Under the pieces are notes generated by a model. It searched no databases and was not told the origin of the DNA. It was given only the letters and a program-made list of their open reading frames with translations. Of a stretch of DNA of 64,000 nucleotides, positions 10,826-24,100 are shown piece by piece (the stretch's first letter is position 1; the number at the start of each line of letters is the position of its first letter). A program made the translations under genes and the position numbers. The stretch comes from Dimorphilus gyrociliatus (lineage: Eukaryota; Animalia; Annelida), in NCBI GenBank assembly GCA_904063045.1, contig CAJFCJ010000057.1, forward strand, positions 30,439 through 94,438, read 5' to 3'.

Positions 10826-11386
10826 ATGGCTACTGCAATATCTAATAAGGAATATTTAAAATATGATGTTGAGCATTGTAAATCATCAGTTACAATTCTA
10901 ATATATCACGTAGAAGGTAGATGTGCTGGATATGCCATTTTTATTGATGAACAATGGAAATATACAGTAAATTATAGACCAACAAAATATGAAAAGGCAG
11001 TCGTTAGTCTTAATTTTGTTAGTAACACAGGAAATATGACAACCAAAGAAATTCAATGGAAATTTACTTCCAATGAAAAAACTTGGAGGAAAAAAGCTTG
11101 GAAAGTTGTAAAACAACTTTTAAAACCCACACCAAAAGCTTATGATATACTCTCTCTTAATGGAGCATTCAATATTGAAAATGGTAGAAATATACAAGAA
11201 TCAGGTGGACATACTACTGAAGATAGAGAAACGAAAAATGGTAGGCAACGCTCCAAAAGTTTTTGTAATAGATTTGTTTCAATTTTAACGTCAATATGTC
11301 GCTGTTCCTGTACTTTTCGTCTAATTCAGTGTTGTAGGAGAAGACTTGATCAAAAAAGACTGGTTGAAGAATATAGAATGCATTAG
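10826..11386 (+). CDS. Orphan 186-aa protein with a Cys-rich basic C-terminus
   Basis: 561-nt ATG-started ORF in very AT-rich DNA; no recognisable domain. Confidence 0.5.
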   Translation: MATAISNKEYLKYDVEHCKSSVTILIYHVEGRCAGYAIFIDEQWKYTVNYRPTKYEKAVVSLNFVSNTGNMTTKEIQWKFTSNEKTWRKKAWKVVKQLLKPTPKAYDILSLNGAFNIENGRNIQESGGHTTEDRETKNGRQRSKSFCNRFVSILTSICRCSCTFRLIQCCRRRLDQKRLVEEYRMH

Positions 11387-11584
11387 ATTTCTATTCTCTA
11401 AACATCTATCATTCAATATATATTGTGTAGCAGCAAGAATTTAATTGTTTGTAAACAAAACTATGGACACTAAATCTTTCATTTGGAATGGCTTTTGTTT
11501 GGTCACGTATAATCTATTGGCTTGCTTAAAAACGAATAACTGTAAAAAACTATTGAATGCCAGAAAACGAATTTTATTGAACAT

Positions 11585-11644
11585 GAGAGAGAGAGAGAGC
11601 GAGAGAGAGAGAGAGAGCGAGAGAGAGAGAGAGGAAGAGAGAGA
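11585..11644 (+). repeat. (GA)n microsatellite
   Basis: Direct reading. Confidence 0.95.
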
Positions 11645-11999
11645 ATGCTCTTGTTTTTCTCATTCGAATCTATTCAAATGACATATGTTCATGTTTGTAA
11701 TGTGTACATCCATAGTTTTAAAGGAATATTTACAATAAAACTGATAAAAACGTTTAGAATTTTCTAAAGAGTATACTGTTTTCAGCTAAGTTATCGTACA
11801 ATTATCCCTTTGCCCATAGCTTGGGTAAGCATAAACTGAGGTACAGTAGTGATTTTTTGAATCTTTGACAAACAACTACTTTACAGTAAAACCATAACCA
11901 AATAAACATTAAAACATTCAATATTTATCTTTACCCTCCTTATTTTGAAAACTTACCTGGAAGGAATTGAAGGTTGTAAAGATATAAACTAAAGTCATC

Positions 12000-13060
12000 T
12001 ATAAGAATTTTGCAGAATGGCTCAATCTTTGGAAGTGTAATTTCTTTAAAAGTTTGACAAAATGTATAAGGTACACTCGCGATATTGTAGACATTTTGCT
12101 GTAATTTTAAAATGGTCTAACTAATACTATTGATACTTTCCAAATATATAACTTAATCTATAAACTTTCACTGTGAAAACTTTCATTCGGTTCTGTGGGT
12201 TATCAACATAAAAAGGAAGAAAAAATTTTGAAGATTTGCCAAGATGTGGTTGTCAAAAGATATCTCTAACAGATCAAAATAAGGAAACTATCTTTAGATC
12301 ATACCAAAGACTTGAGTTTCAGTAATATATATGATAATAATTATCAAATTGTTGAAAAATGAAACATAAAAGGAAAAGATACTTTATTGCATAAGAATTT
12401 TTCATATTCAATTAAAAACATTGCCAGTACCTCAACAACATGAAGATGAACACAAAGGTCAAAGAAAAAATTTTTCCCAGCAGATGTTCCCAAAAGGGTT
12501 CAAAGTTTCTTACAAAAAAAGAACTTACCCACTCAAATGAAGGAAGGACTCTTAAATACCAAATTTTCTATCCATGATTTCATTAAGAAAAATGGTGAAT
12601 ATCAGTAAATTCCCTTAGTGTTTGTTTTAATGAGTGGCACAGAAAGAAAATAGCACTTTGAATGTTCTACTGGTATGTTGCCAATAATAGTTTATATTTT
12701 ATTAAAAGTAACAAAATCAATATTTAAAAAGGAAGTTATATGGTTATATAAAAGACTTTAAAGATTATGAAGAGAGAGCCTTCCATATCTTCCAAAAGAA
12801 TTCATTACTTCACCAAATTTAATATAGCAGTGGATATTGATGAAAATTTCTACAATCTTATCAAAGAAGTAGAAAGAGAAGCTGACCTAATAGAAATTTA
12901 TGAGAAGTTGTTATCAGAGGGAAAATTGAAAAAACTATAGAAAAGAAAATATGAAAATCTACAAGGTAATATTTCTGAATATATATTAGTTGTTTGAATG
13001 GAGCTTATTAGTTATTAAGAGTTGTATATGACATCATTGGAGACGATTGACAATAAAAAG
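12000..13060 (+). mobile_element. Heavily degraded MULE transposase relic
   Basis: Remnants such as IHDFIKKNGEYQ*IPLVF and FYNLIKEVEREADLIEIYEKLLSEGKL match the 2790-4691 transposase. Confidence 0.75.
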
Positions 13061-13297
13061 AATTAATACTGAAAATCTCTTTATTCAATAAAATTGAATA
13101 TAATAAAAATATTAAGGATCCATCTCTTTGTTGATACATATGGTTTTGATCTATAAATCATATTTTTGTTATTTTACCTTGAGATTTGATCCATAGAAAT
13201 CAATGTATAGAACAGAGTTTACAATGAACTATGATAAAATTAAGTGTTAAATTCACCACAGTGTTATAGCTTTTGCTGAATTGTTAAATAATACACA

Positions 13298-13937
13298 TTA
13301 CATTCTTTTACAAAGGTAGTAACACAGAAAAAAACAACAAACACCACAAGCAATACAAAATATTATTGGGATTATGATGATTACAGCTAATGCAGCTGGT
13401 AAATATTTAAAAAACAGATTATTTTCATAAGGATCTGCTTCATTTATTAATCCAGCTATAAATTCAATTCCACTACCAGTAATTTCGTCATCATTAGCTA
13501 CCAAAGCCAGAAGAACTGGGTTATTTGTTAATTTAAGTATTGAAGTTTCATTTCCGCATAAAGGTCTATGAATCTCTTCAGTTCTATTGTCATTCAACCA
13601 GTACACACCTACGAAATCTTTGTCGCAGTTTTTTGATTTTTGAATATCCATTTTAATGTAAATCCTAATATGCTTTTCGGGTTCTCCAATAAGTTTCCAA
13701 CAAGTTGTTGTCTTTGGAGAATATCCGCCATTTTTATAGTTATCACTATAGTATTCAGTTGAAAGTGTAGTAGTTAGTTCAAGATCTTTAGTTTTGTTGC
13801 AAATTAGCTGACAGTTCATCAGTGGAAGTAGTACGACAAATTCTAAGATAAAAGAATGTAATCTTATAAGATATTCTAAAAAAGTTAGTTTTAATGAAAT
13901 TATTTAACTTACCAAAGTAGATAGTTAGTCTTGCCAT
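13298..13937 (-). CDS. Single CUB domain type I membrane protein, 2 exons
   Basis: Exon 1 13937-13913 (MARLTIYF), 70-nt phase-1 intron, exon 2 13842-13298; CUB features SDNY..Y..TTCWKL, C.KDFV, LCG; TM followed by a Cys-rich tail. Confidence 0.8.
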
Positions 13938-14221
13938 ATTTCTCGTATGAAGCAATGCCGTTCAGAAAAAGGCTTACCTTTCCAGGAACTTCTTTGAAAT
14001 TTTCTATAAAGACTACTAAAAGAAGGATTAATGACTCAATTATGCTCGTGTTTTCAGTTTACACAAATTTTCAGTCATTTTTCTTTCTTGTTATTCAGTT
14101 TCTCTCTCAATACACGACTCAAATGCACCGACAATACAGAAAAGCGCATTCGATGCTTTCATTTATTCGTTTCACAAATTTTTTTGTTTTTTTCCTCATG
14201 TTTAATTTAGACACATTCCGC

Positions 14222-14237
14222 TAGCGCCATCTGACGA
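14222..14237 (+). promoter_or_regulatory. CTCF-like motif in the divergent intergenic region between the CUB and Roco genes
   Basis: TAGCGCCATCTGACGA resembles the CTCF core TAGCGCC(A/C)(T/C)CT(A/G)GTGG; GC-rich word in AT-rich DNA. Confidence 0.45.
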
Positions 14238-15106
14238 GAAAAAAGACGAGGAGAGAGAATCATTGCCTAATCTTTATATCATTAATTGTTTTACTATCTG
14301 TAAATGTTTGTTGACATTTAAGTTAAAGTATGTGGTTAAATTAACCACAAAACTATTAAAACACTCATTCAAGAATCGTGAAAATAGCTATTTGAAATAA
14401 TAAGTACTAATCTCTGATTTATTTCCATTTCTTTCTGCGAGATTTTTGAAAGAAACTAAAATAAATGAAATCCAAAGTTTATCAAATACTACTATACCAG
14501 CATAGTAAATATTTTAGAAGTTGAGAAAAAATTGATTTTGGGATTTTTTTGGGTCAGGAAACTTTTAATTTGAATATTTTTCAGATAATATACGGCTGAA
14601 CTGAGGTTTAGGACGCATAAAGTGGAAAGGATCTTGTTAACTGTTAGGTTAGGGTTGGGGTAGAACACTAAAAACTTCTCTCTTTCGTAATTTTTGTTAA
14701 TTTATATATTTGAACTCTAAGATGATAAACAATAGAAAATGCATATTTTTGTCAGTAAAATAAAGGCATAGAGACTGATAACTTATCTCTGCTTTATCTT
14801 TAAATGTTTACTTTTTTTATCATTTTTTTGTCAATTCTCTATCTATTTTCTATTATTATTTTTGTAAAATTTCTTTAATGTCATGGTATAAAGTTCACGA
14901 AACTCAGAAAAGATAACCATTTTCAAGGTATAGACATAACTTAATCCTTTTTAAAATTGTTTTAATACAACTTTTTACCGATAGGGGTTTTTTCGTTGCT
15001 CATGATTGTTTACATAGTTGTCAATGGAAACAGGATGTTGTACTTTGCACATGTGCAGAACAAACCTTCCGGTAGCAGAAAATATAATTTATAGAATATT
15101 GTAATA

Positions 15107-18100
15107 ATGTCTGATAAACAAAGAGAAGATATTCAACTTGCTTTAGCTAATATAATAAAATCTCCCGTTCTAAATGATCAACTATTAAGGAATTTGCCAT
15201 ATCAATATGTTAAAGATATATTAATTTCGGTAAATATTTTTTTGAATATTCAACCAAATATTGTATTTTTTTTTTCCAATTTAGGTTTTGAAGGCAACTG
15301 ACCTGAAAGATATTCTAACAGATGATGATTTAAAGTTTAAAATTGATGTATGACTGTAGTTTAGGGCCAACAGAAAACGTCGCCAAGCGAGATAATTGAA
15401 AACTAATTTTGGATTGAAGAATGATTAGGAGGACCAAAGTAGCTTTTGATTTGTAGTTAGGGAGGAGGGGATTTTCATCTAAAAATTAGGATGAAACAAT
15501 GCATTTGGAGACGTTTTCTGTCGCATCCTCATAGTTGTTATTCCTAAAAAAAATAAATGATTCTAATAATGTTAATTATGACTATTTAGACTTTCGATCA
15601 GAAAATTCAACTTTTAGAAAAGATAATTAAAGCAGTTGGTAAGTTTTTTTATTTATGCTTCTTCTTTTCATGAAAAGGAAACATTTTCTCTTTAAAGGCA
15701 AAGAATTACACGAATCAAATTTTGTTGATGCAAATGATATCGTTTCTGGGAAAAATGTCAATAAAACTCTGCAGTTTTTACTTATGTTAACTAGACTTAA
15801 CAGGATTACAGAAGATGGTAAAATGTTTTATTATTTAAATTGTTATATATTGTAGGAATAGTTGATTTTTCTACTTTTGAAGAGTGGATGCAATAGTCAA
15901 TTATCCCTATGTCTATCTATCCTCAAAACTTATATTTTTCTTGTTTCTTTCAAATAGAAAAGAGTGAACTAAAATTAGGTTCTGAACAACCTATAGAAGT
16001 TGAAATTGGCTCTAACATAGAAAATAAACATATAGTACAAAGAAACAATATGCCATTAAAATTATTGTTCAGTAAAAGTTTAGAGGTTAAAAAAACAATT
16101 TTGAATAATTTTTGAATAAAGAAAAACAATTATATTTCATTTATTGTAACTTATAGAATCCCGTATATAAAGTCACTGAAAACAAGAAAACTTTTCAAAT
16201 TAATTCAATAACATTGGAAGATGTAGACTTCTTAAATGATTACTTTTTTTGTTTAATCTTTCAAATTAAAGGAATAATTAAAGAATTTGATGAAGTAACT
16301 ATAATTTTTTAAAGAATGGCAGTATTTTAAATGAAATCAATTATATTTTGTCTTTCACAGTTACCATGGATACCCCATTCATCTAAAATTACAAATTGCA
16401 AAAATATTACTGATTGGGCAGTATTTTGGACAAGCAAATCAGAAAAACAAACATTTTTGAACAAATCAAAAACATTGAGAGCGGTAGACTTAAAAGAAAA
16501 AAAATACAAATATATTCATTTTTCTTCATTTTGTTTTTAGGTTAATACTTTTGCTGGATGTAATTCTTTGAGCACTTGGAATAATGAAAACTCTGCAAAA
16601 AGTAGGTTTAAGACACTTAAGAATTCGACTCGGATAGAGTAGTCATATATTTATAATCTCACTTTGTCTCTTTCTCCAGCTCAAATTGCTTCTGACGGAT
16701 CATATTGGAATGATAAAAAGGCTGTTATAATTCATTTTCACAGCTTATATAAAGATAAAGAACAAAAAGGATCTTATGATAGAATATTCCAGAGAATTAA
16801 TTTTGAATCTTTAATGATAAATCAAAAAATTGAATATTGTACAAATGTTTTAAATTATTGGAAAGTAAAAAATTGGACATTTTATGATTGTTACGAAGTA
16901 AGATACAAGTTTCGTTTATCTTTTCTTCTCTCTCTCTCTGTTATATCAATTTTTATTCACAAATTTAGGATTATGTTCACCTTTTATCTCCGAAACAATC
17001 ACTTTTTATCATTCCATTCAATTTAACATGCAATGAAGAAAATCTTTCAAAATATTTCATGGATGTAATTATTGGACTTTTGCAAATGGTAAAAACTCGT
17101 TTCTTCCTTTACTATGACTATTAAATCCAAATATTTATCTGTTATAGAATTTGTGTCCAAACACTCTACCAGTTGTCATTTTTATTGGATTTGGAACTAA
17201 GATAAACGAAATAGCAGCTAAATATGCTCTAATTACAATGATTGAATCATTAATAGAGGATTTTCACGATGCTATAAGAAAAAGATCAAGGTAATTCAAT
17301 AGATTTAAAAAGGATTATTAAAGCGATAATATAGATTGTTCTAAAAATAGTATTGAAGAACTCTCCAAAATTAAATTCAATGATCAAAATAACATTCACA
17401 ACTTAGTGGCTTTAACTGAATTGTTAAAAGAATTGAAAGAAAATCTGGAGGATAATAATTCTCATATCATTTCTTTCCTTAATTATGACAATCAAAAGGA
17501 TCTTAAAGTAAAACTATTTAAATTCCTTTTTTTTTTAAAGATAGAGTTGTATTGTGATCTTTAGGACTTGGTGGAAAATATGAAAATATCATTTCAAAAT
17601 GTTACTCATAGGAAACAAAAGTTTAAAGTAGTTTTTTTTCTATTCAATTATCTTTTCCTACTTCAAAGATAGTGAAATTTGATTTTTGTTTTCTATAGTA
17701 TTCTGATGATATCATTGATAAATCTATTGCTAAAATTGAGAAAATACTTGACGAAAAGGAAGACTTTTTAACGGTAACTCAACTTATGAAGGAAATTAAT
17801 ATTGAAGGTAAGTTTTTTTTATATAGTTATTAAAATCTCTCATCTTCTCTTCACAGATCTACTTGCCCTGGACATAGATGATAAAAAAGAAAAATGCTAT
17901 GCTGAAAAGATATGTCAATTTCCATTTTTCGATGTTTTCCAACTATGTTATACTTTAGTTTGTAGTTTTATTTTTTATATTATTTATCAACGTTTGCTCC
18001 ATTTTTAAAATCCAGGGACATATAGTACTTTTGAGAAGTTTTGCTTGTGAAGAATGGTTTGTTGCCAATCCAAAATGGTTTACAAACTTGATACAAAAAT

Positions 18101-21100
18101 TGCATAACATCTCTGAAGAGTGTAATGATCGTGTAGAAGATGATTTATTCTTTTTTCGCAAGAAAACAAAAGTGTGTCAGATAGCTGAATGGTATTGTTC
18201 AACTTTTAAATTTCAATCAGTAAGTTATAAAGCTTAGAGGTGTAAAAAAAATAAAAAAGCCTCTATTAAAAAATGTATTCATTTAGGACATTTTTGAAGT
18301 ATTTTTTGGGGCAGAATTGTCATTGACCTTATCATCTACAACATTATTTTTTCCCATTCAATTATCAACTTGTGAAAAAGATATGATGAAATTAATGAAG
18401 GTAATTCTTTTTAAAAGTAAAAAGAAGTGATGATCTTTTTTTCTGTAAAAAGGATGATAAATACACTGCTAAAGTTTCGTTAATCTATAATTTGAAAACA
18501 ACACTTAATGAATGGGTTCATTGGCGAATTATCTATTATTTTCATTTCATTTTCCAGAAAGAAAATATGGATACGACTATCAGTGATCTTTATCACAATT
18601 GGATAACACTTCAATATGGACCTGTAGAAGCTTTTATTTGCTTTGATGATGCTGAATGTAAAACCATTAAAGTTTGCTGTAGGGTTTTTGAAAATGATAA
18701 TTCTCCTATTCTACTTGCAAACATTGCAAAAGAAATTGAAACTATTATTGATTATTCATTGAAAATCTCATCTGTTTATTTCTCAGTAAGCAAGATCTAT
18801 TATTATAGGCACAATATTAAATCTCTTGGTTCTTTTCTTCTTTTTTGTCTTTTATTAGAAAACTATGAAAACTCCGTGGGGAGATGAACTTGATAAAATG
18901 AAAAAAGATGACGACGACAGATACTCGACTTTAAATTTAAAATTTTGTAAGAAAACATATTCCTCTTTAAATTAACCCAATCAATTTTTTCTTGTTATTT
19001 TTTTTACAGTTAATAATTTTTATTTAAGCTTTGATCATGAGATACAAAGACATTTTTCGGTTTCATGCTCAAATAAATGTATTCTAAGAAGAGAACATTT
19101 TCTATGGAAAATGCATAAAGAGATATATCCAACTTTCAAACGTGAAATGATAGTTAAAGATGACAAAAATGAATTTACTACAATTAAAGAAAGAGATCTT
19201 TCAGATAATTCTGCTTTTGACTTTATCATGGATTTAATAAACTTCTATTCAATTACATTAATCAATTGTCAAAATTTAAAATTTGAATTAATGTAAGTAA
19301 AAAAAATCTTTAGTTTTTCATAGTTTTTCAAATGTTAGTAATCATAAGCTTTTCTTTTGGTAAAAATAGTGATAGTTTTCGAGGATATTCAATTATGTTC
19401 AATTCACAAGAAAACACAGTTAAAAGGATAAGAAAAGATAAGGAGGATAAACTGGTAGACTTTTCTCTAAATGAATATTCCATTGTAACTGTGAAACTAT
19501 TACCACAACATGGAGAATATAAGTCTTATAATATGGCTTTTTCAGTGAGTTCTGATATATTTCTTTTTTATATTTTTTGAAATATTTTTTGTTTTTTTTT
19601 GTTTCAGAGAAAAGAAATTTGTTTAAATATTTATTTAAATGATATTTCAATACTAATGTTGCCACTGGAATCTCAATCAAAAGTTATTTTTAAATTTCAT
19701 GAAGCAGATAGCAATTTGATATTTGACTTTACATATGCTCCAGTAAATATTTGTAATTATTCTCTTTATCTATTTCGTTATCTCTTTTTCTCTCCTAACC
19801 TATCAGAGACAAGAATTCAATTTTTCACATGACTCTATTGATATTGGTCAGAAGTTATTTCATAGTTTTTCTGGAGATATTGCAACTGTTGGTATGTTAA
19901 AAATTTAATTTTGGCTAGTGAAGTTGTTTTCTAATTGAAGAATTTGTATCCCTATGCCAGAGGCCATTTTACCAACAGAAAAGTTAATTTTGGTTTCTCG
20001 AATCAATAAATCATTATCACAAGATGTTAAATCAATCGAATACATCAAATTGTCATTGAAGAATGTTGAAGAAGTGAAACGCTTTTTTGCACAATACTCT
20101 AATGATGATGATAATGATCAACATAAGATATCAGGTAGGGTTCTCTTATCAAGTCTAATAGTTTACTCTACTAATAGTTGTATTTTTCTTAGAAGAGTTT
20201 CTTGGTTATTTAAATGCTTACAATTGCCAATCAGTTCCTAATCACTGGATAAAAAGTTTAATGAGTGCAAATAATGAAGATGACATACCTTTACCTGATA
20301 GAAAAGGCGTTTGTCTATTTTCCAATCTAAAATTATCCAGTAAAATATTTATTTTACTTTTTTCCTTTCGTATTTATCTGTATGTGTGTGTGTTTTTAAG
20401 CCTTTGTTAGGAAAAGCTACGGAATAACACTTTTCGAATCATCGTATCGTGGTTGGCAAAATGGGATTTTTTTCCCTCAAGAGTTGAGAAATGAGTCATT
20501 CATTTATTTAAATGAACTCATTCACTTTGATAAAATGACAGCCTATTTAATCTGTACACCTGCATCTACTACACATGATGGTCATAACAACACTCATATA
20601 ATGAAAAAATCAGCTAAAACTATTTCAAGAGTTACTTTTATGAAGGATCTTGAATTTTATATGATTTTAAAGTTGTCATTATGGTTATATTTCAATAGAA
20701 GTGATATAGTTAGTATAAAACATTAAATAAAACAAACTATTTATTGTTCATTCTACACCTAAAAGCTTGTAGACAATATTGAATCAAGTCAGCTTCAATT
20801 CTATTTTTCATTTTTGATAAATAAATATCCAGATATTGATATACTGACAACTGACCTCCAAAGTGGAAATATACAAGTTCCATTAAGTGTTCAAACAGTA
20901 TGAATATTTAATGTCCTTTTTGTTTCTTTTTAATTTACTCTATTAATAAAATATTTTTCACCAGCTTCTTAAAGAATGTGTACAAACTAAATTGGGTACA
21001 GTTTCTAATCCAGATTCTGGGCGCTTTTTGTGCTATTTTCACAACAAGAACTTGAAAACTACTAACAAAGAAAGGGATAAGTTTCTAGATTTAATATCAG

Positions 21101-24100
21101 AAGACAAGATACAAACTGTGGAAAATGATATTCTAAAATTTGATTATTGCCAACAGTAAATTAATTGTTTTTTAAATCCAGATAATAAAAGATTGTTTTT
21201 CAGTTTCAAACTTTTAACAAAATGGTATATTACTAATGACGAATATAATATAGACGGAAGAGAAGGAGGAGAAGATGAACTATTTGGAAGAGTAAAAAAA
21301 CTAAACAGATTAAAGTCTATAGCCCTCAAAAATTGCAATATTTCTACATTTGCGACAAATATTGACAGGCTATCATCCAGTCTCGAAAATTTGCATATAA
21401 TGAACAGTCCAATTACGACAATCTCTCCTTCAATTGGAAAATGTTCCTTAGTAACAAATTTACATTTAAACGATCTTTTATTGACTGATTTACCAATGGA
21501 AATGTCTAATTTATTCCATTTAAAGTTTTTAAACCTGGGTGGAAATTTATTTAAAAGCGTTCCAAGAGTGATTAATCAACTGAATTGTTTGAAATTTTTG
21601 CTTTTACCTGCTATTAATTTCAAACCATTTCATTTAAATATCAATCAATCTTCCATAGTAACAATTGATGAATGGAAAAATGTATATACTACACAATATT
21701 CCCGACTGAGCCATATCGGATTTGATGAAACAAATATGCTAAAGATTTTTAAAGATGCTGCTACTGCAACCAGTAGTGATACTTTAACAACTACAGATCA
21801 AATTGAAGATCTTCACGCAACACTTTATAAGACACTACCAAGAATCTCATCATGGAGTGTTTTAAATAATATTAGTAAACAATCTTACAAGACTCTTACC
21901 TTTTTGGATTTAAAATATCAGAGTTTTAAGATTTTGGATGACAGTATTGGGTATTTGGAAAAATTAGAAAGTTTACATTTATCTTTCAATTTACTTCTTG
22001 AAGAGATAAGCCCTAAAATTGCTGATCTTCCTTTAAATCAAATACTTTTTTATAATTGTCCATCATTGAGAACACCTCCTAAGGTAATGGCTAGGTCAAG
22101 TGCAAAATACATTAAAAACTATATGAGAGCCCTAAGTAAGGGATTTGTGTCATGTAAAAGAACAAAGTTGATGCTAGTTGGCCTTGGCGGCGCTGGAAAA
22201 ACAAGCCTAGTAAATGCACTAACAGAAAGTAATCAAGAGAAAAGCGAAAAAATAGTGAAAAATACTCAAATTACAGATGGAATTTGCATTAAAAAATGGT
22301 TTATTAACTCTATTGAATATTCAATATGGGATTTTGCAGGACAAACAGTCTATTACAACACTCATCAGTTTTTTTTGTCAAATAGAGCTGTTTATTTTTT
22401 AGTTTGGAATGTGAGATCTGGAGAAGAGCACGCTGGTCTAGAATTCTGGTTAAATTCTATAAAATGTCATGCTCCTAAAGCTCCAATTTTCATTGTAGGA
22501 ACTCATATTGACCAGGTGCTCTTAATACAATTACAATAGGCCTATTAATTAAATATGGTTAATATCCAATCTTAGGTTGAAAAAAGTGAACTACCAGTAA
22601 AGAAATATCAAAAGAGATATGCACAAATAAAAGGATTTTACTATGTTTCTTCTCTTACTAAATTGGTTGCAAATTTATTTTTTTTACTTTTTCATTTTAT
22701 AGTTTGACATTTATAAACAAAAAACAAACTTTTAAACTGTACAAACAGGGTTTCAAAGAATTAGTTGATGCTTTATTAGAAATAACTTCAAAAGAAAAAT
22801 ATATGAACGAAAAAATACCAAGTCTTTGGTTAGACTTCGAAGAAGCTCTGTTTAAGTAAGTAAATATAAAAAATAATTAATATACACTTTAACCTTTGAC
22901 CCTAAAACAGAGAAAGTAAAACTTTAAATATAATTTCAATTGATAAAGCTATGGATAAAGCTTTCCACTGTGGTATAGTTGAAAAAGCTGAGGTTGATAT
23001 TAAATGTTTTTGCTTTACTTATCTCGTTCATTCATGTTCCTTGTACAGTTTTACCAAGCTGTTGAATTTCTTCATCAGTTGGGATCTGTTCTGTACTTTC
23101 AAAATGAATATTTAAGGAAAAAAATTATTATAAATCCTCAATGGATTGTTGATGTAATGGCTTGCATTGTTTCAGTTCATATAAATCCAATTAAAGTTTG
23201 TAACTTTTTAAAATTTTTCATATGTAGAAAGGATTTTTTGTTATTTTTTAATAATGTAGAATGGAAAGTTGTTACATGATGACTTGAGTAAAATTTGGCC
23301 AGAAGAAACGTACTCTAAAGATCTTCATCAATGGCTTTTACGTTTAACTGAAGAGTTTGATTTGACATTTTGCTTAAAAAATGAAATGGCTAGTTTAGTT
23401 CCCTGTCTTCTTCCTGATGTTGAACCAGACGTAATAATTTAATAAAATATTAATTAATAATTGATATATTTTCATTCTGTCATAAAAAATATTACTCAGG
23501 ATTTTTGGGAAGAAGAACCTTTAAAGGAAAATGAAGTGCAATCTAAGATGATGCTCAATTTTGATTATCTGCCATTTGGTCTTTTTAACAGAGCTCAAGT
23601 TAGACTTTATCAGTTTGGCGATGAATCTCTAATCTGGAAATCTGGCTCTTTTTTGAGAAAAAATGGTCACAGGGGTATTTTGAAGAAAACCAGGTAGGGC
23701 TTTTTGTTTAATATTATCATTTCTATCATTTACCAATATATATATATATATATAATTGTTAAGCTTATCAAGCATTCTTATGGAAGTTAGAGGATTAAAA
23801 CCTGAAAATGTACTTTTTCTTGTCCATGAAGTATTTGAAACATTAATTGCAGAGTCATTTGAAGGAGTTCAATTTGATTTTAAAGTACCTTGCCCTGAAT
23901 GCATTTATCAAAATTTGCCAGATCCTAGTATGGTCAAAGCAGTGAGAATAAGAAGGGCACTACAGTTAAAAATTCCTTTTATGCAATGCACTCGCAATTT
24001 CCATACTGTGTCAATAACTCAACTTCAAAGTAAATTTGCCTATACAAAGCTTTTTATAGTAAAATAATGACGTTATCTGTTCACAATTAGATATGTTACC

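Noticed and set aside
11445-11681. ORF containing RERESE repeats
   Set aside because: Artefact of translating the (GA)n microsatellite.
21720-21830. EF-hand within the Roco LRR region
   Set aside because: Helix-loop-helix feel (MLKIFKDAATATSSDTL) but the Ca-binding loop residues are not canonical.
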